DNA of 63,148 nucleotides, counting the filler, from Octopus bimaculoides (Eukaryota), in assembly GCF_001194135.2 (NCBI RefSeq). It is 5 parts of 4 records of this genome, joined end to end, with 100 filler letters (N's around TTAATTAATTAA, not from the genome) between each part and the next. Parts side by side here need not be neighbours in the genome. Positions count along the whole stretch, not along the records: positions 21,191 to 38,727 come from NC_068992.1; positions 38,828 to 51,846 come from NC_068982.1; 3 more parts are not named here. One strand, written 5' to 3'. Shown here one piece after another: positions 37,890-50,812 of this stretch. Position 1 is the stretch's first letter, and each line of letters starts with the position of its first letter. The position numbers and the translations under genes were made by a program. The notes beneath the pieces are model-generated. The model did no database searches. It was given only the letters and a program-made list of their open reading frames with translations, and was not told the origin of the DNA.

Positions 37890-38346
37890 TAGGCCTCTCC
37901 GAAAAGATACAAAAGATATGCGGCCCATATGACATCAAGACAGTATTCAAGAGTAATACAACACTTCGCAAATATTTCCTTCGAGCAAAACCACCAATAG
38001 GAGAGAATATGACCAAAGACTGCGTGGACTCCATCCCATGCAGCTCTGGTAGGTAATACAAAGGCAAAACATGTCGCCCCCCCCCCCCAAGATAAGCGAA
38101 GACGAACATCGCAAAGCTGTGACACGAGGAGATATTGATAAATCGGGTATAGCTGATCATGTATGGAAAAATGGAAACCACTTCGGCCTGTGGGATGAAG
38201 GTAAAATAATAGACAGAGAACACCACTGGAAAATACGGAAACAAAAAGAAGCAGCACATATGCTAGGACACAAGAACCTTCTAAGCAGACCGAGTGCAGA
38301 TATGAGCAGCAAATGGGAACCGGTATTAAGGAAGGATAAAAAATAA
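37890..38346 (+). mobile_element. Penelope-like element 3' fragment (GIY-YIG endonuclease)
   Basis: GLSEKIQKICGPYDIKTVFKS, DSIPCSSGR*YKGKTCRP, EHRKAVTRGDIDKSGIADHVWKNGNH..WDEGKIIDREHHWKIRKQKEAAHM. Confidence 0.85.
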
Positions 38347-38386
38347 TAGATTTATAAGCCCTAAAATTCACTCCATAATTACCCAC

Positions 38387-38457
38387 GGGCATATGACGTA
38401 GTGGTTAAGAGCGCGGGCTACTAACCCCAAGATTCCGCGTTCGATTCGAAGCAGTGA

Positions 38458-38461
<4 letters not shown>
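38387..38461 (+). mobile_element. Short tRNA-like retroposon head with (AAT)n tail
   Basis: A box TAGTGGTTAAG (38399-409) and B box GTTCGATTC (38439-47). No proper acceptor stem. Runs into (AAT)20. Confidence 0.7.
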
Positions 38462-38521
<60 letters not shown>

Positions 38522-38524
<3 letters not shown>

Positions 38525-38727
38525 CCCCAAATCCACGGAAACGGAGAAACCACAAAAGTATAGACCTATTTACCTGTCTCCCTACGATCTACAAAGCCTT
38601 TACTGCAATAATATCGCAGAGATTGAGTAAACACCTGGAAAATAACAATCTGTTTCCAGAAGAGCAGAAGGGATGCTGCAAGGGCTCATACGGCTGTAAA
38701 GATCAATTATTGATCAATAAAGCCATA
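38522..38727 (+). mobile_element. R4/Dong-like LINE RT fragment
   Basis: IPKSTETEKPQKYRP.TCLPTIYKAFTAIISQRLSKHLENNNLFPEEQKGCCKGSYGCKDQLLINKAI, cut by a gap. Confidence 0.85.
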
Positions 38728-39274
38728 NNNNNNNNNNNNNNNNNNNNNNNNNNNNNNNNNNNNNNNNNNNNTTAATTAATTAANNNNNNNNNNNNNNNNN
38801 NNNNNNNNNNNNNNNNNNNNNNNNNNNTATATATATGTGTGTGTGTGTGTGTACATAAAAAGTGAACGAGAGACAGACAGATAGGATATATATATATATA
38901 CATACATACATACATACATACATACATACATACGTGCGTGTCGCTAGCTGGATCTATGTATGACAGCACCTGAATGCTAATTGCTCGTACACAAATTATT
39001 TTTACGCGTAAGATATATTAATACGAACCATAATCGATAATATCTGTGTTTAACTGGATTCATTGCTGGAAATTAATTCTAATTATACCCGTGTTACTGT
39101 TCATGCACTGGGGAAATTGAAAATTATTCATTTATTTGTTATTTTGCCTTTAGAATGAATTACAAGAGAAACTATGACTACTTAATTCTGTATATGACGT
39201 AGAGGCACACGTGATATGAGGTCAGATACCTTAAAAATCAGAAACTTATAACGCTATTATTTACGGAGTTAATA

Positions 39275-39600
39275 CATTAAAATAGACACATGGCTTATTA
39301 GTTGGGGTATTCAACACAGATTATCAGGTCGTAAATTCGAATTCCGGCAGCGTGTTGTGTTCTTAAGGAAAAAACATTTCATTCTACGCTGATCCAGTAC
39401 ACTAAGCTAGCCAAAGTGTGTAGCAGTTGTATTTGAAAGAGACAGCCTTGTGACTCGCTATGTCGCACTGGGTCTTCCTGCGAACTACGTTAAGGGTACG
39501 TGTGTCCGTGGGATGCTCAACGTTAGTTTCAGGAGCAGGCTGTTCCGTTGAATTGATCAACTGTAACACTCGTTGTCGTAACCAACGGAGAACCAGTTAA
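39275..39600 (+). mobile_element. SINE related to family C
   Basis: GAACTACGTTAAGGGTAC..GGAGCAGGCTGTTCCGTTGA..GTCGTAACCAACGGAG. Confidence 0.8.
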
Positions 39601-39778
39601 TTCTTTACGAAAAAATATTATCAAATTAGTATAATTACTAACTTCATAATACATTTGTTCTGTGAAAAGAATATATTTTAAAGAAGAATTTGAAATTCTA
39701 GCTGAAGAGTAGGACCGATTTCTACGAAGTCGTGCTACTATTCTAAGGAAAATGGATTCGAACAAACACGCATGTAAA

Positions 39779-39821
<43 letters not shown>

Positions 39822-41331
39822 NNNNNNNNNNNNNNNNNNNNNNNNNNNNNNNNNNNNNNNNNNNNNNNNNNNNNNNNNNNNNNNNNNNNNNNNNNNNNNN
39901 NNNNNNNNNNNNNNNNNNNNNNNNNNNNNNNNNNNNNNNNNNNNNNNNNNNNNNNNNNNNNNNNNNNNNNNNNNNNNNNNNNNNNNNNNNNNNNNNNNNN
40001 NNNNNNNNNNNNNNNNNNNNNNNNNNNNNNNNNNNNNNNNNNNNNNNNNNNNNNNNNNNNNNNNNNNNNNNNNNNNNNNNNNNNNNNNNNNNNNNNNNNN
40101 NNNNNNNNNNNNNNNNNNNNNNNNNNNNNNNNNNNNNNNNNNNNNNNNNNNNNNNNNNNNNNNNNNNNNNNNNNNNNNNNNNNNNNNNNNNNNNNNNNNN
40201 NNNNNNNNNNNNNNNNNNNNNNNNNNNNNNNNNNNNNNNNNNNNNNNNNNNNNNNNNNNNNNNNNNNNNNNNNNNNNNNNNNNNNNNNNNNNNNNNNNNN
40301 NNNNNNNNNNNNNNNNNNNNNNNNNNNNNNNNNNNNNNNNNNNNNNNNNNNNNNNNNNNNNNNNNNNNNNNNNNNNNNNNNNNNNNNNNNNNNNNNNNNN
40401 NNNNNNNNNNNNNNNNNNNNNNNNNNNNNNNNNNNNNNNNNNNNNNNNNNNNNNNNNNNNNNNNNNNNNNNNNNNNNNNNNNNNNNNNNNNNNNNNNNNN
40501 NNNNNNNNNNNNNNNNNNNNNNNNNNNNNNNNNNNNNNNNNNNNNNNNNNNNNNNNNNNNNNNNNNNNNNNNNNNNNNNNNNNNNNNNNNNNNNNNNNNN
40601 NNNNNNNNNNNNNNNNNNNNNNNNNNNNNNNNNNNNNNNNNNNNNNNNNNNNNNNNNNNNNNNNNNNNNNNNNNNNNNNNNNNNNNNNNNNNNNNNNNNN
40701 NNNNNTGTACAGATAGATAACTTCAAGGAAAATTGATATAGCGATTCATAGAACGGACGTGTGTATGTTAATTTGCACCAGTACGGCAATATCTTTAATA
40801 TTGAACTCGTATCTACATGGTATCAGCGTCTGTGGTTTGGTTATTTCTTGCGAATGATAAAATCATTGTTTGTCCAATCTTCTGCTTTCGTACCAAGAGA
40901 ATGATGCTAAGTACTCGTTTTACGGAGAAAGGATTAGGCGCACAGACATGTTTAATGTACTGTTGGCACATGTGGAATGGATATTTAAGAATACTCAAGG
41001 GAATTGGTGATGAATCTTTTATAACGGAGTCTAATTCTTTCTTACAGCACATAGTGATAAATGTAATTGTAGAAATCATTGCGGTTTGACGAAAGCAGCT
41101 CCACTTCTGCCTGGAGACAGGAAATCATGACCTATAATCGTCGGTGGAAGTCCTCGTTGTTGCCCAGTCCGAGTTCATCAAATTTATGATTAACTTGAAC
41201 GTGCGGGATAATTATTAGTCACAGTGGGACAGATCAATTGCTAACTGTTTTCAAATATACAGATGATTATTCTCAATCGAAAAAAATACACAGTTAATCT
41301 TGATCGAAGAAGTTTTAAATAATAGACCTAT

Positions 41332-41461
41332 GATTAATTCTGATCGAAAGGATTTATGATTAATCAGGAAGACATAAATCTAAGATCAACTCTGATCTAA
41401 TAGGATAATTACTAACCCCGATCAAACAGATTTACGATTAACCCTGATAGCACGATTTAGC
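41332..41461. repeat. Degenerate 26-bp minisatellite (5 units)
   Basis: Units start at 41332, 41358, 41384, 41410 and 41436. Consensus is about GATTAACYCTGATCRAANRGATTTAY. Confidence 0.75.
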
Positions 41462-42405
41462 AGCTACAACCATCCTATCCTTTATTCAGATATAATACAT
41501 CACATCTACGACTATATTACAGAATCAGTCCTATTTTTAATATAAACTAGGTCTGAGGGAGAGCTCTATGCTATATCTAGCATGGCAAGCTACCATAGAT
41601 GTTTGTTCACGTTAGCTCTTAGAAGAAATAGTAAAGTACCTTTATATATGTATATATTTACAATCTCATTACTAATAATGCTTGGTTCGACTTCTACACA
41701 GATTTATCATCTACATACTGCAATTACCAGTTTTTCAGGTTGGTTAAATTCAAGGCAAATCTGACCAAACTCACTTGCGGTCAAAGATACCCCAGCCACA
41801 TCTTGCTTTTTTCATTTTCCTTCTTATCAGGCACATGTTGTAGGGACGCATTATCCAATGAATCTTTTCATGCTACGATAAGATGGCATTTGAGGAATAA
41901 TTTGAAACTATTTCTAGCATGCCGAATGGTTACGTCTTTAGAGGTTTTCTTCGAATCCCGAGCACTAATAAACTAAATGGTTCACGAGTATTCAGTACTT
42001 CTATCAACTAAACCTCTTTGCTCATTGATTCTGATGCGAAATGGCTGAATATACCACAGACAAATACATTTAATGTCGTTCTAAGGTAAAATCAGTTCAA
42101 CGTTGTGACAAGGCTGAACCTTTGGATTACAAGTTTAATCCATTCAACAGACTTCCATACATTCTCGGTTTTCCCATTCTCCTTTAAAAGTTATGGTTCG
42201 TCCCGAGGCCACAGAAAATGACTTGACCAAAAATGCCACGTAGCGGAATTTCATGATTGTGAAGCCAGCAAATTTCTTACCCATATTTCCTTATTATGCC
42301 TAGAGTAATATACTACAGTAACATAAATATGCTTCATTTATCCTTACAAATTCTATAGTCACGCGCTGAAGTAAGAGATCGTTATTTATAATTATAACAC
42401 CTTTA

Positions 42406-42445
<40 letters not shown>

Positions 42446-42608
42446 CGGAAAGAAAGAATTCTGCCATTAATTAAATATCATTTACTTTTAACATAAGTAG
42501 ATATCTTTTGCTGGGGTTTGTAATATAAAATTGAACATCTTGTATATGAATAGAACTGATCTGGATTCATCTTTCAGAAGACTTAATATTGTGTGTGTAT
42601 GTGATATT

Positions 42609-42792
42609 TATTTCAAATTTTGACAGAAGGCAGATAATTCCCGGGTAGGAGGTAACTGCTACTTATTTTATCGACAACGAAGTATGGAAGGCAAAGTCAA
42701 ACTCGGCGGAATTTGAATTCAGAACATACATACGGACGAAATGCCGCTAAGCATTTAGTCCGGAGTTCTGATGTTTCTGCCAGCTTACTGTT
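42609..42792 (-). mobile_element. SINE family A copy
   Basis: GGCAAAGTCAAACTCGGCGGAATTTGAATTCAGAAC...TTTCTGCCAGCT. Confidence 0.85.
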
Positions 42793-45700
42793 CTACATGT
42801 GTTTGTGATATTGGAATACTATTCTGCACGCAACGATTTTATTTGAAATTGTAATGCATTGTCCCCATAAATAGAGAAGAAAATGTAGCTTAGAATAATT
42901 CTCTTCGAATTTATCCTCGAATAACAAAGTTATTGACCTGAACACCTTGAAACTCATATTAAGCGGAGCACTGAAGTAAATTCCAATGCTAAAATCGATG
43001 AGAAACTTCTCTGAAGATTTTATACCGTTCCTTCCTGATCAGAATACAACGTTTCCAACATGATAAATTGAAGAGGAGGTTGTCTGGTTTGTAATCGAGA
43101 CAATAAACGCTATCGAAATTAGTTGATATTCATTAAACAGTCATTTGCCAAGTGAAGAAAGATAATACTTTTTATATAAAGAAAAAGAAATTCAACGAAA
43201 AGACCCTGGCGAATATCGGGTTTCCGAGCAGCTTCTAATGAATAGTTTATATTCAACAGTAAATAGTCTTCTAGAATGAAATAAACGACAGTTGGAAATT
43301 CTCGCGAGAAATCAACTTTTGTAATGATTGACCAAAAGTCAAAATTATAAAATTAGATATAAAAATACAAAGCTTAACAAAAATACCATTACTAATAATG
43401 TAATCTTCTAAAATTGATTTGCTATTGTTGTTGTATATTTTATTTTTTATCTAATATCAATAATGTATTGAATATAAAGAAACTAAGGCAGCTGAGAGTG
43501 TCAACATGCATATGTATTTTATAATTCTACACATAGAATCTGTAGAATCGATTCTCAATAAAGGCAAAATAATTCGTATTAGGAATAAAATGACGCAAGC
43601 CAATAATTTTACATAAATCTTTCCCCGTGATTTTTTTCTTTTACATTCTTTTTTTTTAATTCTGAAAATGTTCATTTTCATTTTCCGAATGAAAAACGTG
43701 TAATAAGGGTTGTGGAGGGGAGGTGGGATGAGGTGTAAATGATTTCGATTTATCTGCATATTATATTAAAACAAGTTTTTGTGAATTCCCTGTGTAATTT
43801 ATGGCAATCACAACTTTAAAAATAGATCTCGTTCTGCCATTCTGAGTGCAAATAACCGATAAAAAAAAACATAAAAGACATTTTCGAAATATTTCTAATG
43901 TTTAAATTGTTCGAATTTCGATAGAAGAATCAACCATAACCTTTCACCTAATACTTACGTATAGATCAATGACTTCATTTTATTATATAGTTCGCCATTC
44001 TTTCTGCTACCACTTTTTCTTTTTGCGACACATTGTGCCACACAGTTGTGTACCCCCTGTCTTTTTCGATCTTTGCTCCTAAAACCAGAATTTCATTCCT
44101 AAAATTTTATTCGCGATGAAACCCAATAAGCATTTTCATTCGATTTCTTTGTTTATTTTTGCGACTACAGAAACTCAATGAATTTAAACTAGAACATTTT
44201 AGTTTGTCTATCAATTTAACCCCCTAATTACAATGCGGTAAGTTACTGGAAATGTCACAGTGACATATATCATACATTGCAGTATTTAGCAGGATGCTAA
44301 TACACATATAGATATTCTGAATTCGTATCACACCAGTGCCGTATTTGCTTTGCAATCCGTCAACATCAGTGATTCTCAACCATTTTTTAACTGGAACTCC
44401 TTTGGTTCTCATTTTACTCACGGGTTGAGATCCTTATAGTCATTCCATATCTAAAAAACAACTCCTATTCAACCGTTATGATTTAATAGGAGTTTTAAAG
44501 ATTATTAAATATTATTAGCAATTGTGTAACAAACGTTGTTAAGATATTTCATGTATTATAGAAGTATAACCAGATTATTGTACAAGAGTCAAGGGCTCGT
44601 ATGAGGACGAAACCTGAGTGCTGTTCCCACTTCTAGAACAATGCTCCTACTTCACACAGAGACATACCGGACTGCATCCAGAGGAAACTCCCTCTACCAA
44701 CTGGGACTCATCCACTAAAGGACAAACTCAAGCCTCTGTCTTCCAAGCATGCTCTCTCTTCTATCCATTTTTCCCCTCTCACTACACTTCTGTCCCCTGT
44801 TTCTCAGATCTGGCTGGTTTCGTACTTTTGTTGCTCAGGCATCTCCAACTGTCACCTCTTCCTTCCTCTCGTCGCTCTTGGTACTGTGAACACGCTGATC
44901 TCCGCAATAAGCCTTATACCCAGGTTCCTCACCACACATACACACACACACGGCATTGATTCTCTGAAATTATATTCCTGCTCATATCTTTCCTGTTGTT
45001 ATTAATAAATCATAATGACTCTCCCTCTCACACTTTCGATTTGTATGTATATGTTTCCGTATGCGTGAACTTTTGTGTATATATGTGTGTGTGTATGTGT
45101 GCAACTGTGCGATTGCCTCCTGCGTCAAAAGGCACTTTCCCCAAAACAGTCTGAATATCAAGTCAGCGGGGGAAAATACTCCACTGAGAAAGACGTTGGT
45201 CGACCCGCGGGTATAGTAAAATTCATTTGCCCAAAGTACCACGCAGTGGGACTGAACCTAGAACCATGTGGTTTGAATCCAACAGCCACTCTTGCGCCAA
45301 TATTATATATCAATACTAATTCTTTTCATTGACTACATTTTTTTCTGAATGTACGAAATGTTATCAGTGTCTATGATATTCAGACGTTATTTCATTTAGC
45401 TTAGGTATACAAAAACCTGTATTGGTATCAACAAGGCTGTATAGTCTTCACAGACAATATGAAAAATTACTGGAAGCCAACTGTGGTTTGAAGAATTCAG
45501 TGAAGTTAATCATAATTTTAATTATCAACTATTGCTTTATTATTATGAATGCAAGGAAATACCAATACAGACCGATTCTCATCTGTATTTTAGACAGAAT
45601 GATAAATTCGGGGTTAAATAAACAAAATCACTTGACCTCAGACTTAACTTCACATTCATTATGATGTCAACTAAAGTGGAAATCAGATAGTTTATTAAGG

Positions 45701-46298
45701 AAATTAGATGAAATCTTAGGAGAATACCTCTCTGATATATCTAGTTGTTTAATAATGAAGCAAAGTTTGGTTAGTTATAATTCAATAATTTATACTAATA
45801 TTTGTCGATCGACTAAGTTGGGATATTATTTACCCTTCTGACTGTTATGTTTTATTTCAATATTGATAAATTACAATATATAAGCGATCAGTTATCGTAT
45901 TTCCGTCTAATGACAGGTTCGTGTCCTTATTGCTGCTTGCTACGTTTATAAGTTTCTAAGGTACTTTTGGAAAAATAATTAAAATCATATTTAGGTCTCT
46001 TGCGCAAGTGTGCACTTCCGGCACCAATATGATAAAATCTAAGAAATTTGCAACTGAAAAATGAATAATTCTGCTTCTGGAAATATAATGACTTTGAAAG
46101 AGTTAATGTTGGATAGAGTCAAGCGAAAACTATGATTTAACTTTCGGTTGTTGATGTTATTCGAAGATGATGGTGATTGTGATGATCATATATTTTCAGA
46201 TTGTCTATGTGTTTGTTGTTTGCAGACCACAGACCACCAACGACCATCTAGCCGCAACCATTTCATATTTTCTCAGAGAATCCATACCTTATCTAATT

Positions 46299-46510
46299 CG
46301 AGCTGGCAGAATCGTTAGCACGCCGAGCAAATTGCTTAGCAGCATTTCGTCTGTCTTAATGTATGAGTTCAAATTCCACCGGCGTCGACTTGCCCTTCAA
46401 TCTTTCGAGGTCGATAAAATAATAAATACCGGCTGAGTACTGGGGGTCTATATAATCGACTTACTCCCCTCCCTCGAAATCGCTGACCTTGTGCCAAACT
46501 TTAAAATTAG
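46299..46510 (+). mobile_element. SINE family A copy
   Basis: CGAGCTGGCAGAATCGTTAGCACGCCG...GAGTTCAAATTCCACC...GGTCGATAAAATAA. Confidence 0.88.
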
Positions 46511-46789
46511 TATTAGTTTTGTTGTTAATAATGATGTTGTTACTTTTGTTTGTTTTTGTCGCTTTTGTTATTGTATATATTTAACCCTTGTTGTTTGTGC
46601 TGAAATCTGCAACGCGAGGTCACGACCTGCTAAGCTCTTTTCAATTCTTGTAGATGACATCTACAAAGATCATATGATGCATCCGAAAGCCTTGAATGTG
46701 AAACACGAACATCAATATGACTTGTTACTTTTCTTCATAATCAACCACTGATAACACAATTAATCTTCTCTAATTTTGTTACAACGACA

Positions 46790-46970
46790 GCAATTTTTAG
46801 GGAGGGGAAGTCGATTGCATCAACTCTAGTGCTCATATGGTACTTAATTTCATCGACTCCGAAAAGGCAACTTCGGATTCAGTGTCTTTGAACTTCGAAC
46901 GTGAAGAACTAGGATGCCTCTAAACATTTTGTCCCTCGCTATAACGACTCTAATAGCCGACCGCCTTTTG
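46790..46970 (-). mobile_element. SINE family A copy (diverged)
   Basis: GGGGAAGTCGATTGCATC...GGTACTTAATTTCATCGAC...CCGCCTT. Confidence 0.7.
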
Positions 46971-49299
46971 TACAACTGCCAAATTCTTTCATTAATATTT
47001 TTTGGCTTTGCCAAGTGTCTTAGGAGTTAAAATAATATATAGTATTTAAATTTTCTTATGAGAATTATTTTGGAAACTATGATAAACTTTTCGAAAAGTC
47101 CCAAATGGGAATCGCTGAAGAAAAGCATATTTATTCTTTTCTATTCAATTGCAGTATCAAATGCGAATGTGTATGAAATATTAATGAACGATATAGATAT
47201 GAAATATTAATGAACGCTATAGATGGGAAATGCCAAAAACAAAAGACGTTTTCAAAACAGACAATATTTTTGTAGTCAAAAAATTGCGATTTTTGACATA
47301 AAATGTCCTCTACAATTAACCAGAGTTAATAATGACAAACTTTAACTATTAAATATTGTTAAACACACCTCTGCAAATGCAATGTACATAATCAATTCAC
47401 TTTAAATACAACGAACAACCGGCAGTGAGACTGTTTTTAGTAGATCCCCAAATTGGGCTCATGGCAGGCAAGGGGTTAATATCCTTCACGTAGCATATTT
47501 CGTATAATTCTATTTCCAAGTTCTGGCTATAGACATACTTTTCCTATTTTCGTCGTTATTTCTACTTTCCCAACTCCGCACTAGACACTTCGCTTATAAC
47601 ATTCCTTTGGGACTGACCATAGCAGTCGATCATATCTAATATCTGCAAATATTATATACGAGTGTTACTTATTCTGCTAAATAATAAATTAAATTTTGAC
47701 ACGTCTATTGACACTTTGATTAAACTAAAATCATAGAGGAAAACCTGAAATAGATTGTACAGATGGGTGCAATGTAATGTGGCTGCCATTAAAGCTATAA
47801 AATGAATTTAGGACACGTCACGCATCGTCATTTATGTCTGCATAGATCATGGATACAGCTTTAGATAAGTAAAGGGGTGATTATGACTCATTATTCACTC
47901 CATCACTGATACTGGCGCTTGACCTCTCTACAACCACGTGGATAAATAATGTTCTTTTAAACTACATTGTAAAGACTTACCATTGTGATCATAAATCTTT
48001 TGATAGGTAAAAGCTGAGATGTCGTTTATCATACATAAACCATCAAAGCAAATTCCTCGATGCAACTGATTATTATTTTACTTCTCATTCATTGAAAATA
48101 GTACATTAATGTTTCATAATTCTAGACGTAAATATCGGTGATTCATTCTTGTAACCTCTCAGGGTAAAAAAAAAAAAAACGGCCGAAAAGAATGCGTGAC
48201 CTCTATTTATTTTGGGATTTTTAAGAAAACGTAAACAAAAGCTATGACTACAATACATGTGCCTGGCTTATTGATAATTTTGTCTACATCGAGTCATCGA
48301 CATTAAATTAATGCTACCTTATAGTCTCTCCACTGAGTTCCTTATTGTAGGATGATTTCGGACATTGCCATTATATTGTATTTGGGAGAGGATTATAATG
48401 AATCGAATCAACCTCCGGATATCACTGGTATTTAATTTACTGTTCTCACATGGATGAGACATAAAAGATAACTTTCCTTGCGCCTGTGTTTTTCTTTTTA
48501 CTTTAGAATATAGAAAGGCGAAATTACATACTGACTGATGATACCAACAAACAATAATACCAACAACACTACGAAGAAAAACTAACCCATTTAATGTGAA
48601 GTCAATAAGTATTACAACACCGGTTTCACGGATAAGATTTCTCATCATCTCTGTGCCGTTTACAAAAGTATTGTAATTGTATTCCCTCTAACCGTGTTCA
48701 CTTCGTGTACTTCAAATAGTGAGGAATGGCGAAAAAGCCAGGAAAATACATCAGCACAACCAGCCTAAACGAAAGCCAACGCCATAGTCAATCGGAATGA
48801 GTAATAAAATCGATAATTTGGTAACTAGACCGAGAATGATAGAGATTTTAAAATTCCTTTGTCGTAATAAGCACGAAGAAAAAGCCAGCAGTACCTATTA
48901 ATCACGCGCAATATATTAAACGTGTCATTCAACCACTTAAAAATCAATTTACTATAATATAGACCCCCCACCGCATATTTTATCACATGAAAAATAGAAA
49001 AAAAAGAGAATGAAGTCATTATTGCGTAGAAGAAGAAAATCTTGAATTCAAGAGAACTAATGATAGTTTGTGTTGTCAACAAACAGCTATAACATTTGTA
49101 AAAGAAAGAACAGATCGTGGGGTTAGAAGAAAATATGAGCTTTGACAATTAAATGAGGAAAATCTGTTGGGAAAAATGTAATGGAAGTTTTATAGTAACG
49201 AACGTGTAAAGAAAGAAGAACTTTTGGCAAACCGCTAGATTACGGGGACGTAAACACACAAACATCCGTTGTCAAGTGATGGTGGAGTGACAGAGACAC

Positions 49300-49334
<35 letters not shown>

Positions 49335-49550
49335 NNNNNNNNNNNNNNNNNNNNNNNNNNNNNNNNNNNNNNNNNNNNNNNNNNNNNNNNNNNNNNNNNN
49401 NNNNNNNNNNNNNNNNNNNNNNNNNNNNNNNNNNNNNNNNNNNNNNNNNNNNNNNNNNNNNNNNNNNNNNNNNNNNNNNNNNNNNNNNNNNNNNNNNNNN
49501 NNNNNNNNNNNNNNNNNNNNNNNNNNNNNNNNNNNNNNNNNNNNNNNNNN

Positions 49551-49610
<60 letters not shown>

Positions 49611-49804
49611 ATGTATGCATACGTTGGATGAATACACATACTAAACTTGAGGTGGAGCGGAAGAGGAACAGATGGAATCGCTTGGGGTAAACATCAAAAG
49701 AATTCATAAGAGTTAAATTATAATAACTGTATGTATGCAATATTGGGAAAAACTATATTCACAAACCTAACCGCCATTTGACAGGTATTCTCTAGTTACA
49801 TTAA

Positions 49805-50521
49805 AGGGGCTAACGCAGTTTCGAACCTCTCCTTGAAAAATGCAGTTTTTTTTGGGGGGGTTGGATTCCTACGTTTTAGATGTCGGAGATTACGAATATG
49901 AAAAAAACTTTAATTTCGCCAACACCCCCACCCCTTCCACACCCTTTCCAATTTAATTTCTTGATTTTGTTTACTTTAAAGAGATCGTAGTGAATTGATG
50001 AACATATGCAAATCGAAATGAGGTGATAAATTAAATCCAGACAAAAATTGAAAAGAATTTGCGTTTTACTTGTGTAAATAAGAATTTAATGTAAATTAAA
50101 TACACCATTTTATGAGAAACAATCAATGTTATAAATTTTAATAAGGGGCTCAAATTTCACCCCTCTCCCAATTTTGAACTTTTTCATCCATTTATTTATT
50201 TATTTATCTGTCTATCTATTTATCCCTATTTGTCAACTAAATACGGCGGTACTATAGAGGACGGTATTACTGTTGCTTCTAGCCCCAGGAAGACATACAT
50301 ATCTATCTATCTCTTTATACACATATCTATATGCTTATTGGTTTCTTGCATATTCAGAATTTCAGTCATCTATAACATAGGGGAAAAAAAATTTCGAACA
50401 AGTTCAAAATTTTAGAGGGGGGTAATTTTTTTTTTACATCTAAAGCGTAGGAATCCCCCGAAAAAAAATTCCGAAAAAAATGCATTTTTCAAGGAGAGGT
50501 ACGAAACTGCATTAGCCCATA
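49805..50521. mobile_element. Non-autonomous TIR element flanked by TTAA (Kolobok-like)
   Basis: About 80-bp imperfect TIRs GGGCTAAYGCAGTTTCG.ACCTCTCCTTGAAAAATGCA...GGATTCCTACG.TTTAGATGT. TTAA at 49801-04 and 50522-25. Purine-rich terminus AGGGG. Confidence 0.65.
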
Positions 50522-50547
50522 TTAAATTTTAATAAAGTATCTACAAC

Positions 50548-50812
50548 CAGTGGTGGACTGGGTCTAAAAATATTGGTTGCCAGGAAACTACAATGCTATC
50601 GTTTAATTTTTCTTTTTTTTTTTTGTTAAAGGTATTTTTTCAACTGTCTACAGCTGAAATAATTAATGCATACTTCCAGGAGTGAATAAAAAATTCTCAG
50701 ACTTGAGGAGATGGGCCCCTTAAATACTAACATGGGTCCCATATATGGATTCTAATAGCGCAGGGGCCCACTTGCCATTGAGCAATCTGGCAACCTGGTC
50801 AGTCCATCACTG
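50548..50812. mobile_element. hAT-like MITE
   Basis: TIRs CAGTGGTGGACTG and CAGTCCATCACTG, internal GGGCCCC motifs, degenerate 8-bp flanks TCTACAAC / CTTACTAC. Confidence 0.55.

Noticed and set aside
38387-38461. Functional tRNA gene
   Set aside because: A and B boxes are present, but there is no paired acceptor stem or oligo-T terminator and it has an (AAT)n tail: a retroposon head.
48351-48427. Possible small exon MISDIAIILYLGEDYNES, faintly like the GluN2 VSAILY segment
   Set aside because: Phases (2 in, 1 out) do not connect to the phase-0 exon at 51499, and the expected LGIPxIxW segment was not found; chance similarity is likely.
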